Shown: positions 14,071 through 25,378 of the stretch, piece after piece
How positions within the stretch are numbered: the stretch's first letter is position 1
How the letters are laid out: each line of letters starts with the position of its first letter
From: Octopus vulgaris
Lineage: Eukaryota
Assembly: GCA_951406725.2 (NCBI GenBank)
Contig: OX597822.1
Span: 111,166,001 to 111,230,000, forward strand
DNA length: 64,000 nucleotides
Direction: 5' to 3'
Notes under the pieces: generated by a model
What the model was told of the DNA's origin: nothing
Seen by the model: only the letters and a program-made list of their open reading frames with translations
The model's database searches: none
Position numbers and translations under genes: made by a program

Positions 14071-14574
14071 CCAACCGAGTCTGGCATCCTATACGGGACA
14101 GTCCTACACGGGACAGTGCTATTGGCGTTTATAGCCCCAGGAATACATCTCTCCCAGCTGGCTAACGACACATTCTGTGCCCGATTAGTATTTGCGAAGA
14201 AAGGACATCGTAATATACACGAACTCGAGTTTCTGGGTGGTTACCCATCCTCAGCGTGCGTTAATCATCAGCTTTTGATGAAAACTCACCACATTCGCAA
14301 AATACCATATACTTTTTTCCTGCGACGAACCCTCGCTGATCTCAAAAAAGGAGAAATATGCTATATTAGATCTCTGAGCGAGATGTACAGAGTGGCAATA
14401 CGGAATCATAACATATAATTGTCAACCAAGGCTAGGGATGGTGTCGATGACCTCCCCTAGCAAATACTAATCGGACACAGAATGTCTGTCGTTAGCCAGC
14501 TGAAAGAGATGTTTTCCTGGGGCTATAAACGCCAGTAACACTGTCCCGCATAGGACGCCACACTTGGTTGGCAA
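14068..14574. mobile_element. About 500-bp element with about 115-130-bp imperfect inverted termini (TTGCCAACC...GGTTGGCAA) in (TA)n, carrying a hammerhead
   Basis: Inverted arms 14068-14195 and 14460-14574. Confidence 0.8.
14217..14259 (-). ncRNA. Minimal type-I hammerhead ribozyme with intact core
   Basis: GCACG-CTGAGGA-TGGGT-AACC-ACCCA-GAAA-CTCGAG-TT-CGTGT: 5-bp stem I, 5-bp stem II, palindromic stem III, GUU triplet. Confidence 0.82.
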
Positions 14575-14977
14575 TCTTTATATATAAAAGTGAAGTTGTG
14601 TGTCTGTCTCCTACGATTTAGATTCCTAACTACTCCCACATTTTGTGGTGCAGTGTAACCAAAACCACCGGGTATCTTATAGTCGTGATTCATATCGAGC
14701 CCTTCTGGGTATTAGCGCGCGTCTACGATGAGTCTACGATTAAAAAAAAAAATTACCATAATTTTTCCGTATTTTTAATGCATTTTCGCCCGGTTTATAT
14801 AAGGGAAGTAACTCTCTAAAATGTATTATTAAATCTCAGAACGTAAAAAGCTACAGTAACACCCCCTCTCCCTTTGTGGTTAGCCATATTGAGATGGCTA
14901 TTATACTTTACATCTCTAAAAATGCTTATATAGTTATTTCCTTTACAAACCCGAACAACGCCGGGCGATACTGCTAG
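14575..14977 (+). mobile_element. Non-autonomous Helitron
   Basis: 5' A|TC, 3' CTAG|T, subterminal hairpin CCCGAACAACGCCGGG; copies at 21131 and 31695. Confidence 0.88.
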
Positions 14978-15404
14978 TTATATATATACATATATATATA
15001 AATTTATTAAAGTGCATATACATATATATAAAATTATTAAAGTGGGTAGATTCAAACAAAAGGAGCAAAAACAATGATATTTTGTGTGCTTTTGATGTCC
15101 TCATTTGTAAAATGAATAAATAATCTAACATTCTAATATCCGTAAGTTGATTGACAAACTAAATTTGTTTCTCCGATTTCTTACTTGTATTATAAATTTA
15201 CAGTAAAAATATTTCTTTATTTCACCCGTTTAATACAATAAATGAATTAATTGCATTGTAATTAAAAACATTTATTATTAAGAGTTTGGGTACTTTACCA
15301 ACAGTATATTGGATAAATGATATCCCATAGTGGGTTATACCCATAACCCCTATCTTACTTTGTATTATATATATTATATATATATTCATATGTATCTATA
15401 TCTA

Positions 15405-15890
15405 CAGGGCAACTGAAAAGTGACTCCTTATTTTAAAATACTTACACATTATCTATTTATTGTAACTTTTAGTATTAGGTTTCATTTAAAATTCGATATG
15501 GGTTCCAGATTTCGACACCAGCTGCTTGAGTCGCCTCCATCAGGATCGCTGCTTGAGCCGCCTCCATCAGGATCTTTTGTGGTATTGGAGACATAACATC
15601 TTGTATTCGGCCTACAAGTTCTTGTAAAAGTTTTCAGTTTGGTACAGGAGACCTGTTCCTTTAGCCAAGCACAAAGAAAGAAATCACAAGGTGTTAAGTC
15701 AAGATTCCTGCCTGGACTACGACGACCTATTCATCTACCGGGGAAGAGGGAATTCCAACATTCACGAACGACAAGAGCAAAATGTGGAAGTGTGCCTTCT
15801 GGCACGAAATCAAATCTTCAAAATTCTCCTAATCCCTTATACTGGCCAGATCACATCTTGCAGCATAGTGAGGTACCATAGGTAGTTAAT
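15405..15890 (-). pseudogene. Tc1/mariner (rosa/DD41D-like) transposase C-terminal fragment with one terminus (TA|CAGGG)
   Basis: Minus strand YLTMLQDVIWP...LPHFALVVRECWNSLFPGR*IGRRSP...DLTPCDFFLCAWLKEQV; 27-bp internal tandem duplication at 15521-15574. Confidence 0.8.
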
Positions 15891-15904
15891 TTTCAATCAC
15901 CCTA

Positions 15905-16046
15905 TGGTATCTATCTATATATCTATCATTCTATCTATCTATTCATATATCTATCTATCTATCTATCTATCTATTTATCTATCTATCTATCCATCTATCT
16001 ATCTATTTATCTATCTATTTATCTATTTATCTATCTATCTATCCAT

Positions 16047-16090
<44 letters not shown>

Positions 16091-16160
16091 ATATCTATCT
16101 ATTTATCTATCTATCTATCCAACTAGCTATCTATCTATCTAGCTATTTATCTATCTATAT
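15905..16160. repeat. Degenerate (TATC)n microsatellite
   Basis: Direct inspection. Confidence 0.92.
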
Positions 16161-16407
16161 ATAAATATATATAAAAATAACACTTTAGCTAGGTGCAAAA
16201 ATCACCTAAGGAATATTAAATATCCGAAGAATTTACCGCAAGTTATGAGGTGTATCATTTGTTAGTAAAAAATATTTAAATTGAACTGAATTTATAACTG
16301 TTCAGTTTATTGCTTTGTTTTCCATTTCTTTTATTTATGTGACCGTGTGTGTATCGTTGGCGACTTTTTTCTCCGTCTTCCTTTCCTTGGACCTTTCCTT
16401 TTTCTAT

Positions 16408-16442
16408 GTTTCTGACGAAGAGATCCGCTCGAAACGTTAGAT
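16408..16442 (+). ncRNA. Hammerhead-like motif with an extra A after A9
   Basis: GTTT-CTGACGA-A-GAGATCCGCTC-GAAA-CG-TT-AGAT; the tail runs to (TA)n at about 16529. Confidence 0.55.
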
Positions 16443-16524
16443 CCTCCTTATTTATTTCCTTTCCTCAGAGCCCTCCACATCCTCGCGTTATTGTTTTCTC
16501 TTTATGTTTTCATGTTTGGATCAA

Positions 16525-16565
<41 letters not shown>

Positions 16566-16566
<1 letters not shown>

Positions 16567-16756
16567 CGGGAAGGTTTACGAAAATAAACAAAAGACGAAG
16601 GCAGGTGGAGTACAAACAAACACTGTATTAGTATGGCGCTCAGGAATAGAAATAAAACAAGTCTTTTACGTTTCGAGCCTACGCTCTTCGACAGAAAGAT
16701 ACACAGAAAAGAAACAAGGAGAGAAAAAAAATGCCTGTAGGGGCTAACGATCCAAC

Positions 16757-16757
<1 letters not shown>
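16566..16757 (-). mobile_element. About 190-bp (TA)n-embedded repeat, family D, with a hammerhead-like motif at 16662-16699
   Basis: TCTTT-CTGTCGAA-GAGC-GTAG-GCTC-GAAA-CG-TA-AAAGA; copies at 31417, 46175 and 63790. Confidence 0.75.
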
Positions 16758-16792
<35 letters not shown>

Positions 16793-17575
16793 GTATGTAT
16801 ATATATATATGCACTCAGACAGACGCATGCTCTCAGATATATATTTATGAACCGAGCTTTCTTTAAATTCCTGGCAAGTGAATCAGTTCATAATAAAAAA
16901 ACGAATTTACCATGAGCATATTTATTGGATGTCAGGAATATGTTGTCTTAAGATTACTTTCCTTGCAACGCTGCCATACTTACGCCATTTCTGATTTTTT
17001 CATAGATTTTTGCAAATCTATTAAATTATACCCTTTTAATGATTTTACTTTAAGTATACGTTTTTCCTTTCTCCCAAAAAGTTGTTTATAATATAATACA
17101 GAACTTGGAAAGACACTTTGTAAAAATTCAAAATTAGCATGGCATTAGTAAATAGAACAGCGACATTTTCCTATTGGAACAGCAATTACAATTTTTTTGT
17201 AGGTGAGCTATGTTCTACAGGCATGTACTTATAATATTCTTCATTAGATACTGTACAATTTTGCTAGAAAAAATATATATGCATGTCTGGTATTATAGTT
17301 CGTTATTGATTAATAATATTACGGAGATGTTCTACAAAATGTTGGAAGATCAATCAAAGGGAGATCATGAACAAAAAAAAAACCCCAGCTGTTCGCAAGT
17401 ACACACGGAAGCTACAAACACAAAAAAAAAACATACAGACTTAAACATATGTATGTATGCATGTATGTATATATGGAGAGAGGGAGAGAGAGAGAGAGAG
17501 GTGCGCGTGTGCATACTGTCATATATACATACACAAACAAATAAGTTAATATATACATACATATATATATAAATA

Positions 17576-17637
<62 letters not shown>

Positions 17638-18503
17638 CATTCACAAAGAAATAAGTTTAAATATATATATATGTATAAATACACAAAGAAAGAAGTTTAT
17701 ATATATACATATGTCTATATACGTTTTTGTTATTCCACTCACCTTCGAATTACGCACACAAAGGCGCCGTACATATGTGTATGTACGTATATAATCTGTA
17801 ATCCCTCATTGGTAAATTATATTATTTTTCTCGTGAAATATTCTCTGCTCATGTAGTAAAATAATCGTAGTCTTTCATTGGTACGCCATCATTTTTATAT
17901 TATGCTGAATAGTACAGGCGCGGGAGTGGCTGTACAGCACGAAGTTTTGTCGGTGAAGAGGTCACGGGTTCAAAGCGACGAAAATATTTTGACACAAATT
18001 AAATTCAAATGTTGAATCTAATTATTAATTGATAATTAATAACAATAATTTTTTTTGAAGTGCAAAAAATATTTTAATTGAATTATTTTTTTTTTTTTTG
18101 TTTTTAATAGAAGTAACAAGTAATAACAAATAGAAGTAAATAGCTTTAATGAAAGATTTAATTTTAATAAAAGCTAATATTTTATTTGAAATTCTTATCC
18201 TCAGCTGCAATATTTTATGTAAAAATTTTCTTGTTCTGTACTTTACCAGATGTAATAAGCTGTCCGGAACATTTCCAAATGTAATAACTTGTCCTGTAAT
18301 TTTCCAGGTTTATAATCTTAAGAATATTATTTCTCTTGCTCGAATTTTTGCATGTAATAAAACTCTGTGTGTCATGTTCTCCGCACAATAAATTATTAGT
18401 AGCACGTAAAAAACGTATTGTGTCTTATAATATTTCTCTCTCACCAAATGGATTATTTTTTGCTGATCTTACGGTAACGTAACATTGCATTATATACATA
18501 TAC

Positions 18504-18576
<73 letters not shown>

Positions 18577-18649
18577 AGGGTAATAAGAATTATAGAAATT
18601 ATTATTACCAGTGGCCTAGCACAAAAAATTAGTCATTAGACTATACATT

Positions 18650-18846
18650 ATTCACATAAAAATATCGTGTACATTAAAACACAGTAAGAGGCTTCCAAAT
18701 AGGAAAGCCTTGTGCTGGAAAGAGCAGTTGAAAACGTTCGAGAATTTATCTATAATTAGTGGTTTCAGTTTTCTACTGCTCTTTCTAGCACAAGGCTTTC
18801 CTATTTGAAGCCTCTTAATGTGTTTTAATGTACACGATTTTTTATG

Positions 18847-18851
<5 letters not shown>
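18650..18851. repeat. About 85-bp-arm inverted repeat between (TA)n tracts (Penelope-like fold-back)
   Basis: ttcacataaaaa...gagcagttgaaaac versus gttttctactgctc...tttatgtgaa. Confidence 0.8.
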
Positions 18852-18878
<27 letters not shown>

Positions 18879-18884
<6 letters not shown>

Positions 18885-19123
18885 GAAATGAGGTAATCAG
18901 AAGATCGGATGGTTCATATTTACAGATATTTATTTATATATTACATTTTTTACATATATATCATATCACTCAGATCATTAGCGCTTTCTCCCATTCTAGT
19001 GGGGTTTTCAAATCAAAATAATTTTGATCTGAGTGATATGATATATAAGTAAAAAATGTAATATATAAATAAATATCTGTAAATATGAACCATCCGATCT
19101 TCTGATTACCTCATTTCTTCTAA
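18879..19123. mobile_element. About 100-bp-arm inverted repeat with a U3-A8 hammerhead-like motif in the spacer (18975-19015, minus)
   Basis: Arms near-identical; homologous to 3591-3757. Confidence 0.75.
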
Positions 19124-19158
19124 TATATAATACCTGTACATCATCTCCAAACCTTCCA

Positions 19159-19217
<59 letters not shown>

Positions 19218-19455
19218 TATATCAATGCTGTAAACGCATAATTACACAAACATACAAAATATTTACATATACAAAGCACGAATACAAATGAGATGCAAAA
19301 GAGAGCATTTAATATTATCAGGGTAATACCAGGTTGAAATATTAATTGAAAGAGTAAAAGTTAAGAAGCCTCCGCCAAAGTTCTTTGTCATACAATAGAG
19401 GAATGTTGAAGACAAAAAGGGACAAAGTGAGTAGCAGTAAAAAACGTAGGCGAGT

Positions 19456-19486
<31 letters not shown>

Positions 19487-19487
<1 letters not shown>

Positions 19488-19895
19488 GGAGTGGCTGTGT
19501 GGTAAGTAGCTTCATTACCAATCACATGGTTCTGGGTTCAGTCCCACTGCGTGGCATCTTGGGCAAGTGTCTTCTACTATAGCCTCCGGCCGACCAATGC
19601 CTTGTGAGTGGATTTGGTAGACGGAAACTGAAAGAAGCCTGTCGTATATATGTATATATATATATATATGTATGTATGTGTATGTTTGTGTGTCTGTGTT
19701 TGTTCCCCTAGCATTGCTTGACAACCGATGCTGGTGTGTTTGCGTCCCCGTAACTTAGCGGTTCGGCAAAAGAGACTGATAGAATAAGTACTGGGCTTAC
19801 AAAGAATAAGTCCCGGGGTCGATTTGCTCGATTAAAGGCGGTGCTCCAGCATGGCCGCAGTCAAATGACTGAAACAAGTAAAAGAGTAAAGGAGT
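19487..19895 (+). mobile_element. SINE family B
   Basis: Matches the 11788 copy. Confidence 0.92.
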
Positions 19896-19912
19896 ATATA
19901 TATACATACAAC

Positions 19913-20783
19913 TAATCTCTTATTATAAAAGGCAGATTTTATCTGCCTCCCTTCAGGAGTTATAGAAATCTACAATATAGGATTTCTTCAATTACAATTT
20001 ACCTAGCATTTTTAAGAGTAGAATGCATCGGGTCATGCCAGGTCCAGTTTTAAAATTTAAACTCCAATTAAGCAAAATTTACAGAAAACTCACATTCTGG
20101 TGTGTGTGTCAAATGCTTTTCTTAGTCTGGTTTACACCACACGCAAACGCACACACACAGTATGCAACGAATAAAATGAAAGTAAATAGCGACAGAGTGA
20201 TTTGAGGAAGACTAAACTGAAAGTATTTAAACCACTACTCAAAAAATAAAAAAAACACAGCAAACAGAAACAAATAAATACAAAACGATTTACTCCTCAC
20301 ACAATTTCTTCAATTAGAGTGTACCCATGATTTTTCAGAGTACTTCAGTGGGTGATGCCATAAAAAATTTCTTTCAATTTTACCACCAATTAAGACAAAA
20401 TTCGAGAAAACTCAATATTTTAACATATCACTCCGAAAGCATTGATGTACATGTGTGCGTGCGTGAGTGTGTGTGTGTCATGCCTCACACACACGCATAC
20501 ATATACATATACAACTACATACAACTACATACACATACAACTACATACAAACACGTGTGTGTTTGTTATTAAAAAAGGCGCCAAAACACAACTCACTTAT
20601 CATTCCAACACATTTGCAAAGACACACGGACGGACAGAAAAGGTAAATTGGTTTTTATTTTACTCTGTATATATTTTATTATATAATATTATATATAGAT
20701 ATATGTATATATAATTGCAGTATGAAACAGTGTTTATGTATAAACAGACGGCACTTATATATAGTCATTATAATAAGAGATTA
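19913..20783. mobile_element. Segment bounded by 16-bp inverted ends TAATCTCTTATTATAA (two Helitron-like 5' ends, or a TIR element)
   Basis: 19913-19928 and 20768-20783 are reverse complements. Confidence 0.45.
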
Positions 20784-20805
20784 ATAAATGTATGCATCCG
20801 TTTAA

Positions 20806-21130
20806 CCCTTTCGTTACCAAGCCGCCCGAAGTTACCTATTCATATTTAAATGAGAATATCAGAGCAAATCTCTTTAGTACATTCGTGAAAACACGTATTA
20901 TACTTCGTAAACACTTCAACTACAGTTCTATACAAAAATCGAAGTGTAATTTTAATTCCGTGAATTATGGGAGATTTTTTTCCGAAATTTGTTCCTATTG
21001 TGTTTTCAAAATTTGTAATTCTGACAAAAAATGGATACGAATTTCATTATATCAAGCAGCGAGTCAGAATTCGAAGGATTTTCTACTGAAGACCTTCATA
21101 AATCTAACTCTATGACTGAAAAAAAAAGCA
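20806..21130 (+). mobile_element. Possible piggyBac-type left end
   Basis: TTAA|CCCTTTCGTTACC; no matching right end found. Confidence 0.35.
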
Positions 21131-21525
21131 TCTTTATATAAGAGTGAAGTTGTGTGTCTGTCTCCTACGATTTAGATTCCTAACTACTCCCACATTTTGC
21201 GGTGCAGTTTAACCAAAAGCGGGTATCTTATAGTCGTGATTCATATCGAGCCCTTCTGGGTATTAGCGTGCGTCTACGATGAGTCTACGATTTAAAAAGA
21301 AATTACCATCATATTTTTCCATTTTAATGCATTTTTTTCGCCTTTATATAAGGGAAGTAACTCTCTAAAAATATCTACGATGTGTCAACGATTTAAAAAA
21401 AAATTTACCGTAATTTTTTTTCAATTTTTAATGCATTTTTTTGCTATTTTTTGTCTATAACTCTCTAAAAATGCTTATATAGTTATTTCCCTTACAACCC
21501 GAGCAACGCCGGGCGATACTGCTAG
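21131..21525 (+). mobile_element. Non-autonomous Helitron
   Basis: A|TC...CCCGAGCAACGCCGGG...CTAG|T. Confidence 0.88.
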
Positions 21526-21661
21526 TGTAGGATAAAAAATTTTTTTTTCGAAAAAAAGATTTTATCAATGGCCAGCATACCAAAAAATACCTTTAATGCT
21601 TAAATTTATAAATACCTTACAAAATAAGTTTTTGTAAGTTATATATATATATATGCATATT

Positions 21662-21987
21662 GGCACTCTGTCGCTTGCGACAACGAAGATTCCAGCTGAT
21701 GCGACTCCGACAGCGGAACATCCTGCTCGTGAAATTAAAGTGCATGTGGCTGAGAACTCCACAGGCACGTGTACCCTTAAGGTCGTTCTGAGGGAGATTC
21801 AGCGTGACACAGAATATGACAAGGCTGATCCCCTTGAAAGACAGCTACTACTCATTTTCTGCCAGCTCAGTGGACTAGGGCCACGTGAAATAAAGTGTCT
21901 TGCTCAAGGCCACAGTGCGTCGTTGGGAATTGAACTCATGACCTTACGATAATGGGCCGAATACCGTAGCCATTAAGCCACGCACCT
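21662..21987 (-). mobile_element. SINE family C, diverged
   Basis: Colinear with 8366-8693. Confidence 0.8.
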
Positions 21988-22372
21988 AGACACAAATATA
22001 CACACACACGTATATACACAGAGACCAACACACATATGTACAAATTATGTTCATGTCAGTATGTATTAATAAATGTATGAAATATATATGTGGTTTTCAA
22101 AATGAATATTGAAGATGAGATTTTGTCTAGCTAGTTTCATGTCACTAATTTCTTTTATACATTCATGAAGTGACAATGATGGAGAGGCAGGAAGAATATT
22201 TTGGCCTACGTTGATCTGAATGTATTAGGATATTTGAAAGAAATAATTTTTAGGTTCTATTGATTTATAGTTGTGAAGCAATTTATGCTGCGGTGCCTGT
22301 ATTTTCTTGCCTGTTGTTAAATGTACAATAACGGGAATACTCCTTTAGATGTCTTGCAACCAACTTACACAT

Positions 22373-22712
22373 GCAAGTGCTATCAGTTAAAAGCTCCGTA
22401 TACCGGAAGCTAGCAAGTGTATGGGGGCACCAGGTGAGAATGCGCGCCGTTTCGGGGCCTACCTCTCGACGGCATCAATGCGCACCGGCCCCCCTCACTG
22501 ATATGAGGCCCCGCTTGCTATATCAGCTGGTTATGAAGAACTCAATATATTTCTAGCCATCGCTCATCGTCTCTTTTTAACCAAATCCAGTGGCTAGCCT
22601 TCTCCACTGTAGATTGGATATCAATCATGATGGTATTGACTTTACGATGAGTTAGGCCTAGCGATAACAACAGTCGTCTCACGCTGTGTCCTACAAACCC
22701 TCTACACTCATT
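22373..22712 (-). mobile_element. HERO-like RLE non-LTR retrotransposon 3' fragment (ORF end plus 3' UTR)
   Basis: ECRGFVGHSVRRLLLSLGLTHRKV...STVEKASHWIWLKRDDERW matches the HERO C-terminal CRGF...AEKAS-x-W-x-W-x-KR pattern; GC-rich structured UTR. Confidence 0.75.
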
Positions 22713-22948
22713 ACTAAATGTTTGTTCGTCCAGCTCGACGAACCTACTTAGGATAAAGACAATTATTTCGATCACGTTCAACACTTGTACCTGACACTGG
22801 GCCATGTGATAAGTTGTTTGCGTCTGTTATTGTCTATCAATTAAATATGCTCTATAACACGTTTTGAAGCCGGAACTGGATATATTCTTTAGCTTCAAAC
22901 TGAAACCAAAAACTATTATGTATATCACACACATGACGGCATATTTTA

Positions 22949-23354
22949 TACTCTTTTACTTGTTTCAGTCATTTGACTGCGGCCATGCTGGAGCACCGCC
23001 TTTAGTCGAACAAATCGACCCCGGGACTTATTCTTTGTAAGCCCAGTACTTATTCTATCGGTCTCTTTTGCCGAACCGCTAAGTGACGGGGACGTAAACA
23101 CACCAGCATCGGTTGTCAAGCAATGCTAGGGGGACAAACACAGACACACAAACACATACACACACACTTATATATATATATATAAATACATATATACGAC
23201 AGACTTCTTTCAGTTTCCGTCTACCAAATCCACTCACAAGGCATTGGTCGGCCCGAGGCTATAGCAGAAGACACTTGCCCAAGATGCCACGCAGTGGGAC
23301 TGAACCCGGAACCATATGGTTGGTAAGCAAGCTACTTACCACACAGCCATTCCT
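22949..23354 (-). mobile_element. SINE family B
   Basis: Reverse complement of the 19487 copy. Confidence 0.92.
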
Positions 23355-23459
23355 TAGATGTACAGTTTATGCCTATTTGTCCGGTTCTTGATTCATATGT
23401 TAATCTTTAAAAAGTGCTCCTATAGATTTTAGCTGCGTTGCTAAGACATAACAAATATT

Positions 23460-23664
23460 GGTTTCAAATTTTGATACAAGGCCAGCAACTTCGGGGAAAT
23501 GGGCAAGATCGACGTAGCACTTAACTGATAATTATTTCATCGAACCTGAAAGAACGGAAGGCATAGTCGCCCTCAGCAGAATATGAACTCAGTGTATAAG
23601 GACGGACGACAAGCAGCTAAGCATCGTGCCCGACATTGTTACAAATCTGCCAGTTCGTCGCCTT
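23460..23664 (-). mobile_element. Old SINE family A copy (short-tail variant)
   Basis: 16-bp TSD AGACATA(A/G)CAAATATT. Confidence 0.7.
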
Positions 23665-23964
23665 AGACATAGCAAATATTAAATACTCGTAATTACGTAC
23701 GGCTTAATCATAAATATGTAACCTTCACAATATACCCTCTAATACTCAGCTTTCTAATAGACATTTTTCACTTCATTTAATCTTGATTCTTATTAAATAT
23801 ATATTTCTACTACTCAGATATTATTTTATTGTTGACTCTCTCATAATAGTATTTAAAACGATAAAAATTACATCATTACGACATTGCAGGAAATACCGTT
23901 GTTATGAGCGACCTACTGAAACAAACAATAACACAAAAAAGAAGGTGTAATAGAGCAAAATTAG

Positions 23965-24168
23965 TAAATGATCGAAACTAGCAACTAATTTAAGGGGAGG
24001 GGCTAGTTGGTTTCATCGACTCCAGTATTCGACCAGTACTTATTTCATCGACTCTAAAAAGATGAAAGGCAAAGTCGACTTCGGCGGAATTTGAACTCAG
24101 AACGTAAAAACATACGAAATGCCGCTAAACATTTTGTCCGTCGTGCTAAAGAATCTGCCTGTTCGCCG
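23965..24168 (-). mobile_element. SINE family A (short-tail variant)
   Basis: gatgaaaggcaaagtcgacttcggcggaatttgaactcagaacg core. Confidence 0.8.
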
Positions 24169-25159
24169 TTTTAATGCCTATTTACATATGAAATTCTTTA
24201 ACAGATTCTTATTTTTTGCCTTCTGTTATTCACTAATTCTACCATCTATTATTTATAGTCTTCATGCTTTCTCAGTGAAGCAAGTACACGAACAAAATTT
24301 GCTATGACACGTTCATGTTATCATCGCTTTAAAGATATAGTTAAAGATTTTATTCTAAACTACGCAGTTCAAAACGAGTGCTGCCCTGCATATTTAAGCA
24401 TTTACCGTTCATTTTTCGCCTGGAGCAAAGAATGATTATCAGATTTATATGTAGTGGTGAAAGAACTCTAACAAACAGCTTATTGACTGTCTACATCAGC
24501 ATCATTAAACAAACAATTGATGAGTTAGTTGGTTAGATATTTACCGATTGACTAACACTAACGAATGAAAAGTGAACCTGTGCTTGTATTATTATCATTG
24601 GCATTGTGAATCTCCCAAAACACAACAAAATTTGTTTGAACACACGAATTGACATCAAGAATTTTGCAAACCAAATACAAAAACGATCTTTAGGGATTCT
24701 CATCATTAGTAAAACTTTTGAGACAGTTTTTTACTGATAATCCTAATTGCATAAAAAGGATGCGAGACGAAGTTAAAACTATAGGTTCAATAAATTATTG
24801 ATAAATTATTGATTGTATAGAATTTGAGATAATAGATATTTTCAATCTTTTTTCGGACTGGGACCTAAAAGTTTCACAGATTCATTGTTAGAAAAAGTGT
24901 GAGATTGAGGTCAATCAATTAGAAAAGATACAATTGTTATTATAGAAAGAAGTTAGTAAAATATCTAAAATTCAAGTAACGAGATTTTGCACTTCGAAGC
25001 ATTCGTTATTATTACCATTGTTGGAAGTGAGAACCAGACTCATTGCTGGATAAGGAAATGTTCTTTCTTTATCCAGCAGTTGTTCATATTTATTGTTGTC
25101 GTTCTTTTCTAATCACTGTAATGAACACCACAATCATCACCGTAACGTTTATCCTCATT

Positions 25160-25274
25160 CTCATCATGATCATCATGATCATGATTATCATCATCATCAT
25201 CATCATCGTCATCATCATCATCGTCATCATCATCATCGTCATCATCATCATCATCATCATCATCATCGTCATCA

Positions 25275-25337
<63 letters not shown>

Positions 25338-25378
25338 CCATCATCATCATCGTCGTCATCATCATCATCATCATCATT
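25160..25378. repeat. (CAT/CGT)n trinucleotide repeat
   Basis: Direct inspection. Confidence 0.95.
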
